The position numbers were made by a program, and so were the translations under genes. Positions 16,947 to 26,463 of a stretch of 32,345 nt of DNA are shown one piece after another; positions within the stretch are counted from its first letter, which is position 1, and every line of letters starts with the position of its first letter. The notes under the pieces are model-generated. The model had not been told where the DNA came from, made no database searches, and was given only the letters and a program-made list of their open reading frames with translations. Source of the DNA: a virus (lineage: Duplodnaviria > Caudoviricetes); IMG/VR virus record IMGVR_UViG_3300037631_001546, positions 1 through 32,345 of that record; one strand, 5' to 3'.

Positions 16947-17520
16947 TATTACAGTAGGGCAATATCAGCTACTTAACAATATAGACAAAGACCTAACGGA
17001 AATTGAACAGAATATTTACGCAGTAGCAGCAATTAAGAATATAACCTATGACGAAGCCAGTAAGATTAAGCTATCTGAGTTTAATGATATGGTCAAAGAT
17101 ATAGGCAAAATCAACCTAAATAAGCTGGAGCAAAAAAAGGTTAATAATAAAATCTTTTTAAATGGCGAGGAATACCACGTTGAGCATAGACCAGATAGGC
17201 TAACAAGTGGTCAGCTATTAGACATACTTAATATAAGGGCAAATCATCAAGGCGAGAGCATACAAGTAATGGACTTGCTTATAGCTGCATTAAGTAGGCA
17301 AAAAGGTAAGAAGTATAGCGAAGATAATTTAACGCTTACAGAGAGGGCTAAATATTGCCGAGATGTAAAAGTAACAGATGTATGGAATGTCTTTGTTTTT
17401 TTTTGGAATCTTTGGAACGGCTACTTAAAAAATTCAGAGGATTATTTACAAAAGTGGACGGAGAACTCAGTCAAGATGGCGAGGGAGATTTTGGGCAACG
17501 ATGGGGACTCTTCAGCGTGA
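16924..17520 (+). CDS. Tail assembly chaperone (gpG-like)
   Basis: DITVGQYQ start; contains a T9 slippery run that opens into an overlapping -1 frame. Confidence 0.6.
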   Translation: MDSIQFYDITVGQYQLLNNIDKDLTEIEQNIYAVAAIKNITYDEASKIKLSEFNDMVKDIGKINLNKLEQKKVNNKIFLNGEEYHVEHRPDRLTSGQLLDILNIRANHQGESIQVMDLLIAALSRQKGKKYSEDNLTLTERAKYCRDVKVTDVWNVFVFFWNLWNGYLKNSEDYLQKWTENSVKMAREILGNDGDSSA

Positions 17521-17645
17521 TAAAAGCTATGGCAGATTTACACAACATAAGTATTAACAAAGCAACTAAATTAGGAGCAATAGAGTTTCTGAATTGGTGG
17601 GCTTATATGGTAGAAAAACAAGATTACGAGAAAAATGCAAGATAA
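17396..17645 (+). CDS. -1 frameshift extension (gpGT-like) of the tail chaperone
   Basis: GTT TTT TTT TGG with T9 at 17396-17404; the -1 frame reads FFLESLERLLKKFRGLF...FGQRWGLFSVIKAMA...FLNWWAY and has no good start of its own. Confidence 0.65.
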
Positions 17646-18186
17646 GAGATTAATAGGAATGCTAAACCAATATTGGCAGAAAATAGTTGATGATTTAGTA
17701 AAGTCCTTATATGATGTAGGTAGGGTAGCAAGTGGAGCTACTGCTCAAAGTATAGCTGATGGGAATACAAACCCAATAACAATAACTTCTAACGGATTTA
17801 GAATCCAGATAGCAATGCCAACTTATTACCAGTTTATTGATGAGGGTGTAAGTGGAGCTGAAAAAAATACTGGAATTAGTCGCTTTAAATACAAAAGTCC
17901 ATTCTCTTGGAAAAATGCTCCTCCTATATCAGCTATTAGAAAGTTTATGCTCAATAGAGCTATAACAGAGCCGAGAGGTAGCAATACTAATTCTGGTAAG
18001 CGTAGAGATGCTGAGGCTATTAGGAACTCTATTGCTTTTGCTATATCGTATAGTATATGGTCAAAGGGGTTAGCTAAAACAAACTTCTATTCTAATGTGA
18101 TTAATGACAAAAAATTATTAGACTTTGAGAGCAAGTTATTAGAGCAGTATCGTAAGTATATTATAGATATTATTAAGGTAGAATAA
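17635..18186 (+). CDS. Putative tail completion/neck protein (HK97 gp10-like)
   Basis: ASGATAQSI, YYQFIDEGV.G, PPISAIRKF, AFAISYSI..KG; basic. Confidence 0.55.
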   Translation: MQDKRLIGMLNQYWQKIVDDLVKSLYDVGRVASGATAQSIADGNTNPITITSNGFRIQIAMPTYYQFIDEGVSGAEKNTGISRFKYKSPFSWKNAPPISAIRKFMLNRAITEPRGSNTNSGKRRDAEAIRNSIAFAISYSIWSKGLAKTNFYSNVINDKKLLDFESKLLEQYRKYIIDIIKVE

Positions 18187-18202
18187 AAAAAAATAAAAAA
18201 AA

Positions 18203-18235
18203 CTTGCATTGTATTAATATTTTATACTATATTTG
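18203..18235 (+). promoter_or_regulatory. Host-type promoter (-33/-7) inside the structural region
   Basis: CTTG-N21-TATATTTG with an upstream A-tract. Confidence 0.75.
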
Positions 18236-18262
18236 TATCATAATAACAAACACAATAATAAA

Positions 18263-18454
18263 ATGAATTTAACTAACACAGAAAGAATCGAGCTTGAACT
18301 TGTATTTACTTTAGAGAATCTCAATAGATTAAAGTCTGAAGTAAACGAAGGTACTATTGCAGCTAAAACAATTAGCACAAATCTTAGTCATTTAATTGAA
18401 AGAATTAACTGGATAAATAAATTTAACGAAGAGAATAAACAAGCAAACAAATAA
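18263..18454 (+). CDS. Hypothetical protein, moron gene 1 (63 aa)
   Basis: ATG at 18263 after an A-rich leader; the track's TTG at 18233 lies inside the -7 box. Confidence 0.65.
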   Translation: MNLTNTERIELELVFTLENLNRLKSEVNEGTIAAKTISTNLSHLIERINWINKFNEENKQANK

Positions 18455-18458
18455 CAAA

Positions 18459-18725
18459 ATGAACAACACAATTAATTTAACAAAAAACACAACGCACAAA
18501 GCTGGTAACCATATTGTAAGTATTGGTAGAGATGGTCATCAATTAGCTATATTATCTCTTAATACTGGAGACTTTGTAGAATTAAAAAGAACAAAAACAA
18601 ATAAGCTTTTAAGAAAGATTAAGCGAGATTTTAAATTATTTTTAGTAAGTGAAGAGCAATTCTTTTTTGAGAGAATGAGCAATGACCAACAATTAAGAGT
18701 AATAGAAATTTTAAAGGGTAAATAA
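18459..18725 (+). CDS. Hypothetical protein, moron gene 2
   Basis: 88 aa, A-rich start, followed by a terminator. Confidence 0.65.
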   Translation: MNNTINLTKNTTHKAGNHIVSIGRDGHQLAILSLNTGDFVELKRTKTNKLLRKIKRDFKLFLVSEEQFFFERMSNDQQLRVIEILKGK

Positions 18726-18748
18726 ATAACCCAAAACCTAAAACAAAT

Positions 18749-18774
18749 AAACCTCCAGCAATGGGGGTTTTTTT
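18749..18774 (+). terminator. Intrinsic terminator
   Basis: AAACCTCCA-GCAA-TGGGGGTTT stem with a GNRA loop and a T7 tract. Confidence 0.85.
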
Positions 18775-18802
18775 ATGACCCTAAATTTATGCGTCTATTT
18801 TA

Positions 18803-18820
18803 GTATATATAAATAGATGG
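18803..18820 (+). promoter_or_regulatory. Candidate late promoter motif, copy 1
   Basis: GTATATATAAATAG-ATGG, 17/18 identical to 25288-25305. Confidence 0.6.
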
Positions 18821-20076
18821 CACTTACAATACAAGACCAACCGACAACCAATATACCAGAACCGAGTTTTGCTCCTATCGAATATTTAGTTAGTAGTACA
18901 GAAACTGCACAGAGTGGATTTAAGGTAATAGCAAGTTTATTTACTGACCCAACTGGAGATAATACAAAGATTGCTACCTTGCAGTTAAATACTATCCCCT
19001 CAGCTACTCAAGTTGTAACAGATATTCAAAATATTATACAATCGTTTGTAAGCAGCGATTATTCTGTATTGGCTGGTGACACTACGGATATATCACAAAG
19101 TGCCTTAAAAGACTTTAAAATAGCTTTCCAAGAGTATTACTCTGGTGCGTTACAAGGAAGTGCAGTAAGTGGCAATACTTTTGATAGTTGGAACTCATCT
19201 CCAAAGTATATCGAATGGGCTGATTTATCTGGTGCAACTAAAGACTATTACGATTGGAGCATAGAAGATGCTTCTGCTGAAACAGACAAAGAGTTTCTAA
19301 ATGGATTTGAGCAAGAGGCTGAGTGGTTTAATTTAGGTAAGTCTAACAACTTTTTAAAGGTAAGGTCTACACAGAAATATCAAGCGTCTTGGATTATGCG
19401 ACAGAATCTAAGCGATACTTACAAGATATATTTAAAGACATTAGATAGTACGTTTACAAATATATTGTCAACTACAATGACTGCTGCAAATACTGCTGGG
19501 CTATATACGCTTGATGTTGGTGCTTCTGAAATTGCTTCACATAGCTGGGGTACTACTCCAGTAATGACCAACGTAAAATACTACGCTTTAAGGATATTAA
19601 ACTTTACTGAGGATGTTTGGGCTACTAAAACCATAATGTTTGAAATAGATGACTGCGAAAATACCTATACAGATTACGAGCTACATTGGTTAAATAGAAA
19701 AGGTGGATATGATAGCTTTACATTTAGTGGCAAGTCTAATCAGACTACAAGCATAAATAAGAACTTTGCAAAATACAATACTCGTACAATAGGAGCAAGT
19801 AGCATAACTCATAATACCTATGCACAACGTAAGAGGGCATTTCATACCTCTCTAAGCGATAATTATACTTTAAATAGTAGATTACTAAAGGACTTTGAAG
19901 TTGAGGGCTTAGAGGACTTATTTTCATCTCCAGAGGTTTATTGGAAAAACGATGCTAATTTTGTATCGGTAAATGTAACTGGTAATACTTTTGAACACGC
20001 GAAGAGTGAGAATGGTCAAGTGTATAGTATGGAGCTACAAATGGAGGTTGATAATAGCGATAAGCGACAATGGTAA
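18817..20076 (+). CDS. Virion structural protein (tail tip/distal-tail-like)
   Basis: 419 aa; C-terminal WLNRKGGYDSFTF...LFSSPEVY pattern seen in Bacteroidota phage tail proteins. Confidence 0.6.
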   Translation: MALTIQDQPTTNIPEPSFAPIEYLVSSTETAQSGFKVIASLFTDPTGDNTKIATLQLNTIPSATQVVTDIQNIIQSFVSSDYSVLAGDTTDISQSALKDFKIAFQEYYSGALQGSAVSGNTFDSWNSSPKYIEWADLSGATKDYYDWSIEDASAETDKEFLNGFEQEAEWFNLGKSNNFLKVRSTQKYQASWIMRQNLSDTYKIYLKTLDSTFTNILSTTMTAANTAGLYTLDVGASEIASHSWGTTPVMTNVKYYALRILNFTEDVWATKTIMFEIDDCENTYTDYELHWLNRKGGYDSFTFSGKSNQTTSINKNFAKYNTRTIGASSITHNTYAQRKRAFHTSLSDNYTLNSRLLKDFEVEGLEDLFSSPEVYWKNDANFVSVNVTGNTFEHAKSENGQVYSMELQMEVDNSDKRQW

Positions 20077-23057
20077 TTGAACACATAATAGCTGGGTACT
20101 CGATACCACATAACGAGGGTGCAATACCTTTGACTAAAGAAGCGTATGACGTAAATAACCCTCAGAAGCGTTTAACGGACTTCTCTAAGACTATTACTAT
20201 ACCAGAGAACAGAATTGTTAACCAAATCTTTGAACACGCTTTTGACGTTAATATAGACCTACAAACTTTTAACCCTAATATTAAAACAAGCTATCAGATA
20301 ATCCAAGACGGAATTACTGCTATTGATGGGTATTGTCAGCTAAAAGCTATCTCTAATGTAGATGGATTAATCAATTACGAGATACAAGCTACTGGAAAGA
20401 TAGGGGATTTATTTGAGAAGATACGAGATAAATATTTACAAGACTTAGACCTCAGTAGCTTAGACCATACTTGGACAGAAACTAATATAGTTAATAGCTG
20501 GTCAGCTACAATAGGACAAGGCTATGTATATCCTATGATTGATTTAGGTGGTAGGTCAAGATATGATATCTGGACAACGAAAGATTTTAAACCCTCTATA
20601 TACCTTAAGCAGTATATTGACACTATTCTAACAGAGGCTGGATATACTTACGATAGTACATTCTTAAATAGTGACTTATTTAAGCGTTTAATTATTCCGT
20701 ATGGTAGTGGTCAGATACTCTTAGATAATTCGGCTATACTATGTAGAGAGTTTAATGTACAGAGAACAAGCAATCAAATAGTAGATTGTCAGAGCTTTAG
20801 CAATCCAGCAAATAGCGTTAATAGCTTACTTGTTTTTAATGACGATTCAAGCCTTGCTGGGTATGAAAGCAGAGTAATTGCAGATGGCAACATAGTGGAA
20901 GCGTTGTCTTGTGCAGAAGCTGAGTTTGGTTTTTCAGATGCCTTTTACAATACTTGTACAAACGAATATAGCTCTGCTACTGGCAAGTATATTTCTACTG
21001 AAAACAATAAGATGTCGTTTCAAGGTATTATTAATTTTGACATAGAGTATAACGAAAGTTTTAATTTAACCACTTATTGGATGAATGCTGATATACAAGC
21101 TGCTTGGGTAGAATTGTATTTAGTAGAAAAAAATGGAGCAAATTATTCTATCAAAGAAAAAATTAATCTTTATTTTACAGATAATGCAATAGCTAATCCT
21201 CTGCAAAATGCTCCAGCAACTACAATAATAGCTAATAATACTTCGTCTTTTTCTACTGGTCAAATAGATGTTATTGCTGGAAGAGAATATTATTTGTCTA
21301 TTGGCTCAGTAGTTTATAACTCTCTAAGTGTTTCTGGAACAAATGTATATTATACCGACAAAAAGAATTCGTTTGATTTTGAATTTATACTAAAGCCAGA
21401 TTCTACCTTTGGCAGTAATTTACTTGAAACAGAGATAAAAGTAGGCGATACAATAAATACTCGCTTAGTTATACCTAAAAAAATTAAACAATCCGATTTA
21501 CTCAGTAGTATAATTAAAAGATTTAATCTATATATAGATAACGACCCAATAGACAAAAACAAACTAATAATAGAAACAAGAGAAGGATTCTTGACGGACG
21601 AGAGAGTTAATTTAGAGCATTTAGTCGATAGGTCTAAGGACTATAAAATAATGCCTTTGGGAGCTTTAGATGCTGGTAGATTTATATTTAAAGACCAGTT
21701 GGACAAAGATAATTTAAACGACACTTATAATAAGGTTAATGATGAGGTTTATGGTCAGCTAATTTTAGATGTACAGAACGACTTTTTAAATGCAGATAAA
21801 ACTATCACAACGATATTCGCTCCGACTCCATTAGAAACATTTTCTGGTGTAAACGATAGGGTGTTGTCATCTATGAGATTCGTTGACAAGGATAATAATC
21901 CAGCACAAGCTACTGCTAAGATACGTCTATTGTATTGGGGAGGTCTTTTAGATACTCAGAAAACTTGGTACATAGACCCTTTTGGTAGTGGATACACTCA
22001 ATATCCTTACGCTGGGCATTTAGATAATCCTTACAACCCTACCTTTGATTTAAACTGGTTTGTACCTAAACAACTATATTATGATTTCAGTTACGGAAAT
22101 AAATTTACTCTGTCCTATTCTAATAATAATGTTTACAATACTTATTGGAAGAAATTTATAGAGGAGATTACAGACAAGAATAGCAAGATACTTGAGTGTA
22201 ATTTAGCTCTAAGACCATACGATTATCAAGAACTTAATTTTAGAAAGAATTACTACATAGATGGTAGTTACTGGAGACTGCTTAAAGTAACCGATTTTGA
22301 TGCAATGGCTGAGGATACTACTAAATGTATGTTCTTAAAAGTAGAGCCTAAAGACGTATTTATCCCAGAGGTTAAGCCAGTAAGAGGAGGGATAGATGAT
22401 TACGCAGACGATACACCAGTACCTATTGGAGACGCTCTTGTATTCCCTAATAACAATAACGGCAAGACTCAAGATAGACTACAATTCGGAGATAGCATAA
22501 AAGGTGGTACTCGTTCAATAGTTGCAAGTGATTTTATAGAGCAAGGTATTGAGTCTAAAAATAGCTTAATAGTGGGCAGCGATTACGGCAAGGCTTTCGC
22601 TGATAATGTCACAATGATTAATAGTCCTTATGTAGAAACTAATAGACCCAACGAGGCTTATATAAACGGATTATTTGCAGAGAAACTTGTAAGCATAGTA
22701 TTGAATTACGATATGCTAACTAACCTTGAGTTAGAAGTCCCAGTATTGCCTATTTTGCCAGATAACGAATTTTATGAGGTTACAAGAGGTTATGTAAGGT
22801 TAGATGGTAATGCTCCAAGTGGGGGAACTCACAAGATAGATATAGTAACAGACGATGGTTCTGCTCACGTATTAGCTGAGATTGCAAGTGCATTTTTTAA
22901 TACAGACAATAACACAGACATATTAGAAGTGTTTCCACATAATACAACCCCTATTCACTTTGGTAGTGGGCTTAAAATAACGACTAATTCAGCAATGACC
23001 TTTGATGCTGGAACTCAATTAATAATAAACTTAGTATATAGAATAATTAAACTATAA
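20070..23057 (+). CDS. Large tail tip/baseplate hub-like protein
   Basis: 995 aa; FSKTITIP, YVYPMID, IIKRFNLYI, YPYAGH, YWRLLKVTDF motifs; upstream of the tape measure. Confidence 0.65.
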   Translation: MVIEHIIAGYSIPHNEGAIPLTKEAYDVNNPQKRLTDFSKTITIPENRIVNQIFEHAFDVNIDLQTFNPNIKTSYQIIQDGITAIDGYCQLKAISNVDGLINYEIQATGKIGDLFEKIRDKYLQDLDLSSLDHTWTETNIVNSWSATIGQGYVYPMIDLGGRSRYDIWTTKDFKPSIYLKQYIDTILTEAGYTYDSTFLNSDLFKRLIIPYGSGQILLDNSAILCREFNVQRTSNQIVDCQSFSNPANSVNSLLVFNDDSSLAGYESRVIADGNIVEALSCAEAEFGFSDAFYNTCTNEYSSATGKYISTENNKMSFQGIINFDIEYNESFNLTTYWMNADIQAAWVELYLVEKNGANYSIKEKINLYFTDNAIANPLQNAPATTIIANNTSSFSTGQIDVIAGREYYLSIGSVVYNSLSVSGTNVYYTDKKNSFDFEFILKPDSTFGSNLLETEIKVGDTINTRLVIPKKIKQSDLLSSIIKRFNLYIDNDPIDKNKLIIETREGFLTDERVNLEHLVDRSKDYKIMPLGALDAGRFIFKDQLDKDNLNDTYNKVNDEVYGQLILDVQNDFLNADKTITTIFAPTPLETFSGVNDRVLSSMRFVDKDNNPAQATAKIRLLYWGGLLDTQKTWYIDPFGSGYTQYPYAGHLDNPYNPTFDLNWFVPKQLYYDFSYGNKFTLSYSNNNVYNTYWKKFIEEITDKNSKILECNLALRPYDYQELNFRKNYYIDGSYWRLLKVTDFDAMAEDTTKCMFLKVEPKDVFIPEVKPVRGGIDDYADDTPVPIGDALVFPNNNNGKTQDRLQFGDSIKGGTRSIVASDFIEQGIESKNSLIVGSDYGKAFADNVTMINSPYVETNRPNEAYINGLFAEKLVSIVLNYDMLTNLELEVPVLPILPDNEFYEVTRGYVRLDGNAPSGGTHKIDIVTDDGSAHVLAEIASAFFNTDNNTDILEVFPHNTTPIHFGSGLKITTNSAMTFDAGTQLIINLVYRIIKL

Positions 23058-25219
23058 TGGCAGATAAGAAGATAGCATTAGAATTGACCATAGGGCTGCA
23101 AGATGCCAATAAGTCTTTAGAGGAGCTGAATGAGCTTTTGAAACAAGCCAAGCAAGAGCTTAATAAAGCTGGTAAGGGTAAAAAAGAATTTAAGGATTTA
23201 GAGAAGGCAGTTAAAAAGACTGAGGCTCAAATGGCTAAATCTAACAAGACTGCTAAGACGTTGAATGGCACTACTAAAAATTTAAATAAAAACTTAAAAG
23301 CCACAAAAAACACTTCAGCTACTTTAGGAGGCACATTGAATGATATGTCTGGGGTTACTGGTGGACTTGGCAGTAGGTTTACTGCTTTGCGTGGGGTTAT
23401 TGGTGGAGTAGTTAAGTCCTTTAAGACGCTTAGAGGTGCGATTTTAGCGACTGGGATAGGTGCTTTGGTACTTGCACTTGTAGCATTACAGAAAGCCTTT
23501 ACAACAAGCGAGGAGGGTCAAAATAAATTTGCTAAATTAATGGGTGTTATAGGTGCAGTAACTGGCAACCTTATAGACCTATTAGCAGACTTTGGCGAAA
23601 AGATTATATCAGTATTTGAAAACCCTAAAGAATCGTTAATAAGTTTTGCTAATTTAATTAAAGATAACATCACTAACAGAGTTGAGGGGTTAATAGAGTT
23701 AATACCAAAATTAGGAGAGGCAATAACATTAGTATTTAAAGGTAAATTTGCTGAGGCTGGTAAGGTTGCCGTTGACGCTGCTGGTAAGGTAACGCTTGGT
23801 GTAGAAAATGTAACAGATAAAGTCAAAGAAGCCACAGAAGCTACTAAAGATTTTATCAAAGAGCAAGTAAAAGAGGGTAATCAAGCTGCTAAGGTTGCCG
23901 ATATGAGGGCAAAGGCTGATATAATAGACAGAAATTTAGTCGTTGAAAGAAGTAAGCTACAAAGTAAGATAGCTCAACTTAGATTAAAAGCAAGAAAAGA
24001 GGATGAATTTTCAGCAGCAGAAAGACGAGAGGCTTTGCTTGAAGCTCAAGAATTAGAAGATACTTTATTAGATAAAGAAACTGAGGCTTTAGAACTTCGT
24101 AAAAACGCACAAATATTAGAGAATACTTTTAGTAGAACAGATAAAGCTAACAAGGACAAAGAGGCAGCAGCAATAGCAGCAGTTAATAACCAAATAGCAA
24201 GACGAGCAAACGTAGCAAGACAACTACAAAGGGAGTTAAATACTATATCTGCCCAACAAAGAGCCGAACAGACAAAAGCTGATAACGAGGCTAAGGCAGC
24301 AGCTAAAGAAAAAGCAGATGCTTTAGAAGCGATTAGACAAGCTGAAATAGTCAGCATAGAAGATAAGAGAAAAGAGGAGCTAAGGGCTGAGAAAGAGAAA
24401 TATAAAGAGCTAATAGAACAAGCTAATAAGTATGGCAAAGATACTGCTGATTTAAAGATTGCTCAAGAAACCAGACTAAAAGAGATACAAGATAAATTTG
24501 ATAAAGAGGATGCAGATGCAGCACTTGAAAAGCAAGAGAAAAAAATAGCTGAATTACAATACGAGCAAGAGCAAGACGAGGAACAATTTGAGCTAAGAAG
24601 AGAGGAGCTTAAAAGAAGGGAAGCTCTATTATTAGAAGATAAAACTTTAACAGAAGAGCAACGTATAGAATTAGAAAACCAATTTAAAGCTGAGTCTATA
24701 AAGATTGATAATGAAGAGGCAGCAAGTAAAGCTCAAAACTTACAAGCTCGTTTACAATTAGCTGGAGAGGTTTTAGGGTCATTATCTGCCCTTACTACTG
24801 CATTTGCTAAAGATGATGAGGAGAGCCAAAAGAGAGCATTTAAAATTAACAAGGCTATATCTATCGGACAAGCAGTTATATCTACTGCACAAGGTATTAT
24901 AGCTCAATTAGCAGTACCTCAAGACGCTTTGACTGGTGCTAACTTTGTTAAGGCTGGGATAGTTGCTGCTACTGGTGCAGCTCAGATAGCTACAATATCT
25001 AAAACTCAGTTTAAAAGTCCAGCAGCCACTAAGCCAACTACTCCATCTCCACCAGCTTTAGGAGGTAATGGAAACGTAGGTACTCAGCCAAGAGGGTTTA
25101 CAAGCCCAGTAATTGAAACTGAGATACCTACTACAAAAGTTATAGTAACTGAAACAGATATCAGAAACGTATCTCGTAACGTGGATGGGGTTTATAGTAG
25201 AGCCACAGTAGTGCAATAG
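23057..25219 (+). CDS. Tape measure-like protein
   Basis: 720 aa; Ala/Lys/Glu-rich coiled coil, hydrophobic ATGIGALVLALVAL segment, AQIATI C-terminal region. Confidence 0.75.
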   Translation: MADKKIALELTIGLQDANKSLEELNELLKQAKQELNKAGKGKKEFKDLEKAVKKTEAQMAKSNKTAKTLNGTTKNLNKNLKATKNTSATLGGTLNDMSGVTGGLGSRFTALRGVIGGVVKSFKTLRGAILATGIGALVLALVALQKAFTTSEEGQNKFAKLMGVIGAVTGNLIDLLADFGEKIISVFENPKESLISFANLIKDNITNRVEGLIELIPKLGEAITLVFKGKFAEAGKVAVDAAGKVTLGVENVTDKVKEATEATKDFIKEQVKEGNQAAKVADMRAKADIIDRNLVVERSKLQSKIAQLRLKARKEDEFSAAERREALLEAQELEDTLLDKETEALELRKNAQILENTFSRTDKANKDKEAAAIAAVNNQIARRANVARQLQRELNTISAQQRAEQTKADNEAKAAAKEKADALEAIRQAEIVSIEDKRKEELRAEKEKYKELIEQANKYGKDTADLKIAQETRLKEIQDKFDKEDADAALEKQEKKIAELQYEQEQDEEQFELRREELKRREALLLEDKTLTEEQRIELENQFKAESIKIDNEEAASKAQNLQARLQLAGEVLGSLSALTTAFAKDDEESQKRAFKINKAISIGQAVISTAQGIIAQLAVPQDALTGANFVKAGIVAATGAAQIATISKTQFKSPAATKPTTPSPPALGGNGNVGTQPRGFTSPVIETEIPTTKVIVTETDIRNVSRNVDGVYSRATVVQ

Positions 25220-25222
25220 CTT

Positions 25223-25259
25223 GGACAAATAATGGACTATATATAAAAAGGACTATATA
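25223..25259 (+). repeat. Short direct repeats upstream of the head operon
   Basis: GGACTATATA at 25234 and 25250; degenerate GGACAAATAA at 25223. Confidence 0.5.
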
Positions 25260-25287
25260 CTGCAATTTCCTCTTTTTAGCTTGTAGG

Positions 25288-25305
25288 GTATATATAAGTA
25301 GATGG
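25288..25305 (+). promoter_or_regulatory. Candidate late promoter motif, copy 2
   Basis: GTATATATAAGTAG-ATGG at the start of the protease-capsid operon. Confidence 0.6.
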
Positions 25306-26450
25306 ACTTACCTTTTATCGAATTTAAACTTACTGACGAGGTCGAGGGACTTCAAGCGATAGCTTTAGTAGACAGACCAGCAATAGGACTAAACTACCAA
25401 GCATTTGCTCCACATAAATTTGAGGTAATTAACGAGGATAAGCGTATTGTAATGGGAGCTGCTATGATTCCAGACTTACCTATTTATCGTAGAGATGAGA
25501 GAGGCGAATATTACGCTATCTTCAAAAAAGAAACAATCAAAGCACTTGTACAAAAGCTATTCAAAGAGAATAAGCATAACGTATTTAACGAAGAGCATAA
25601 CGCTTTTAAGATACTTGATGGAGTATATATCTATCAATCCTTTATAACTGATGCAGAGTTAGGCATTTCAGCTCCCTCTGGTTTTGAGAATGTAGCAGAC
25701 GGAACTTGGTTTATCGCTGCTAAAGTAGAGAATGACGAGGCTTGGGCAAAGGTTAAAGAGGAAGGTATTTTAAAAGGGTTTAGCGTTGAGGGTGTATTTG
25801 ACTTAGAGCCGTATAAATTTAAAAAGATGAATAAATTAAACTTAGAGAGTGTTATAAGCACTTTAAAATCTGTATTTTCAGATGCTGAGGTAGAAGAGAC
25901 TACGGAGGAAAACTTCGCAGAAGCTACTTTAGTTGATGGAACTATTGTTAAATGGGAAGGCGAATTAGCTGATGGAACTGCTTTAGTAGTGGTTATGCCA
26001 GAAGGTGAGGTTGCTGCTCCAGATGGTATTCACGAGTTATCAGATGGTACTTTAATTGAAACTGCTGGAGGATTAGTAGTTAATATTGAAGCTGCTGCTG
26101 ACCAAGAGAAAAAAGAAGAGGAAGAGGAAATGTATGACAATGAGTTTAACTCAGAAATGCTTAACGACCTTATTGAGAAAGCAATGGCAAAATATGCTGA
26201 GGCTTTTACTGCTTCTTTAGACCTTGTTAAGTCTGAGAACGAAAGCCTTAAAGCTGAATTAGCTGAGGTTAAGAATGCTAAAGACGAGTTAAAAAATGAG
26301 TTTTCTGCTACACTCAACAAAGTAGGAGAGGATTTAGAAGAGATTGTTAAGGCTGAGCCGTCAACATCTTCTAAGCCACAAGAATTTAAAGCACTAACAA
26401 GAGCTGAAAGAGCTGCTCAAATGGGTGCTATTATAAGAGCAAATAAATAA
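25302..26450 (+). CDS. Prohead protease (XkdF-like) fused to an acidic scaffold domain
   Basis: IALVDRPAI, MGAAMIPD..IYR, N.EH, GTW, KGFSVEG; acidic coiled-coil C-terminal half; upstream of the capsid gene. Confidence 0.85.
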   Translation: MDLPFIEFKLTDEVEGLQAIALVDRPAIGLNYQAFAPHKFEVINEDKRIVMGAAMIPDLPIYRRDERGEYYAIFKKETIKALVQKLFKENKHNVFNEEHNAFKILDGVYIYQSFITDAELGISAPSGFENVADGTWFIAAKVENDEAWAKVKEEGILKGFSVEGVFDLEPYKFKKMNKLNLESVISTLKSVFSDAEVEETTEENFAEATLVDGTIVKWEGELADGTALVVVMPEGEVAAPDGIHELSDGTLIETAGGLVVNIEAAADQEKKEEEEEMYDNEFNSEMLNDLIEKAMAKYAEAFTASLDLVKSENESLKAELAEVKNAKDELKNEFSATLNKVGEDLEEIVKAEPSTSSKPQEFKALTRAERAAQMGAIIRANK

Positions 26451-26463
26451 ATAAAATAGAAAA

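Noticed and set aside
23518-24438. Antisense ORFs within the tape measure gene (also 8352, 9326, 14382, 16220, 25634, 26030, 26758, 29067, 30366, 31019)
   Set aside because: Shadow frames of strongly coding genes, Ser/Leu/Phe-rich, with no motifs or expression signals.
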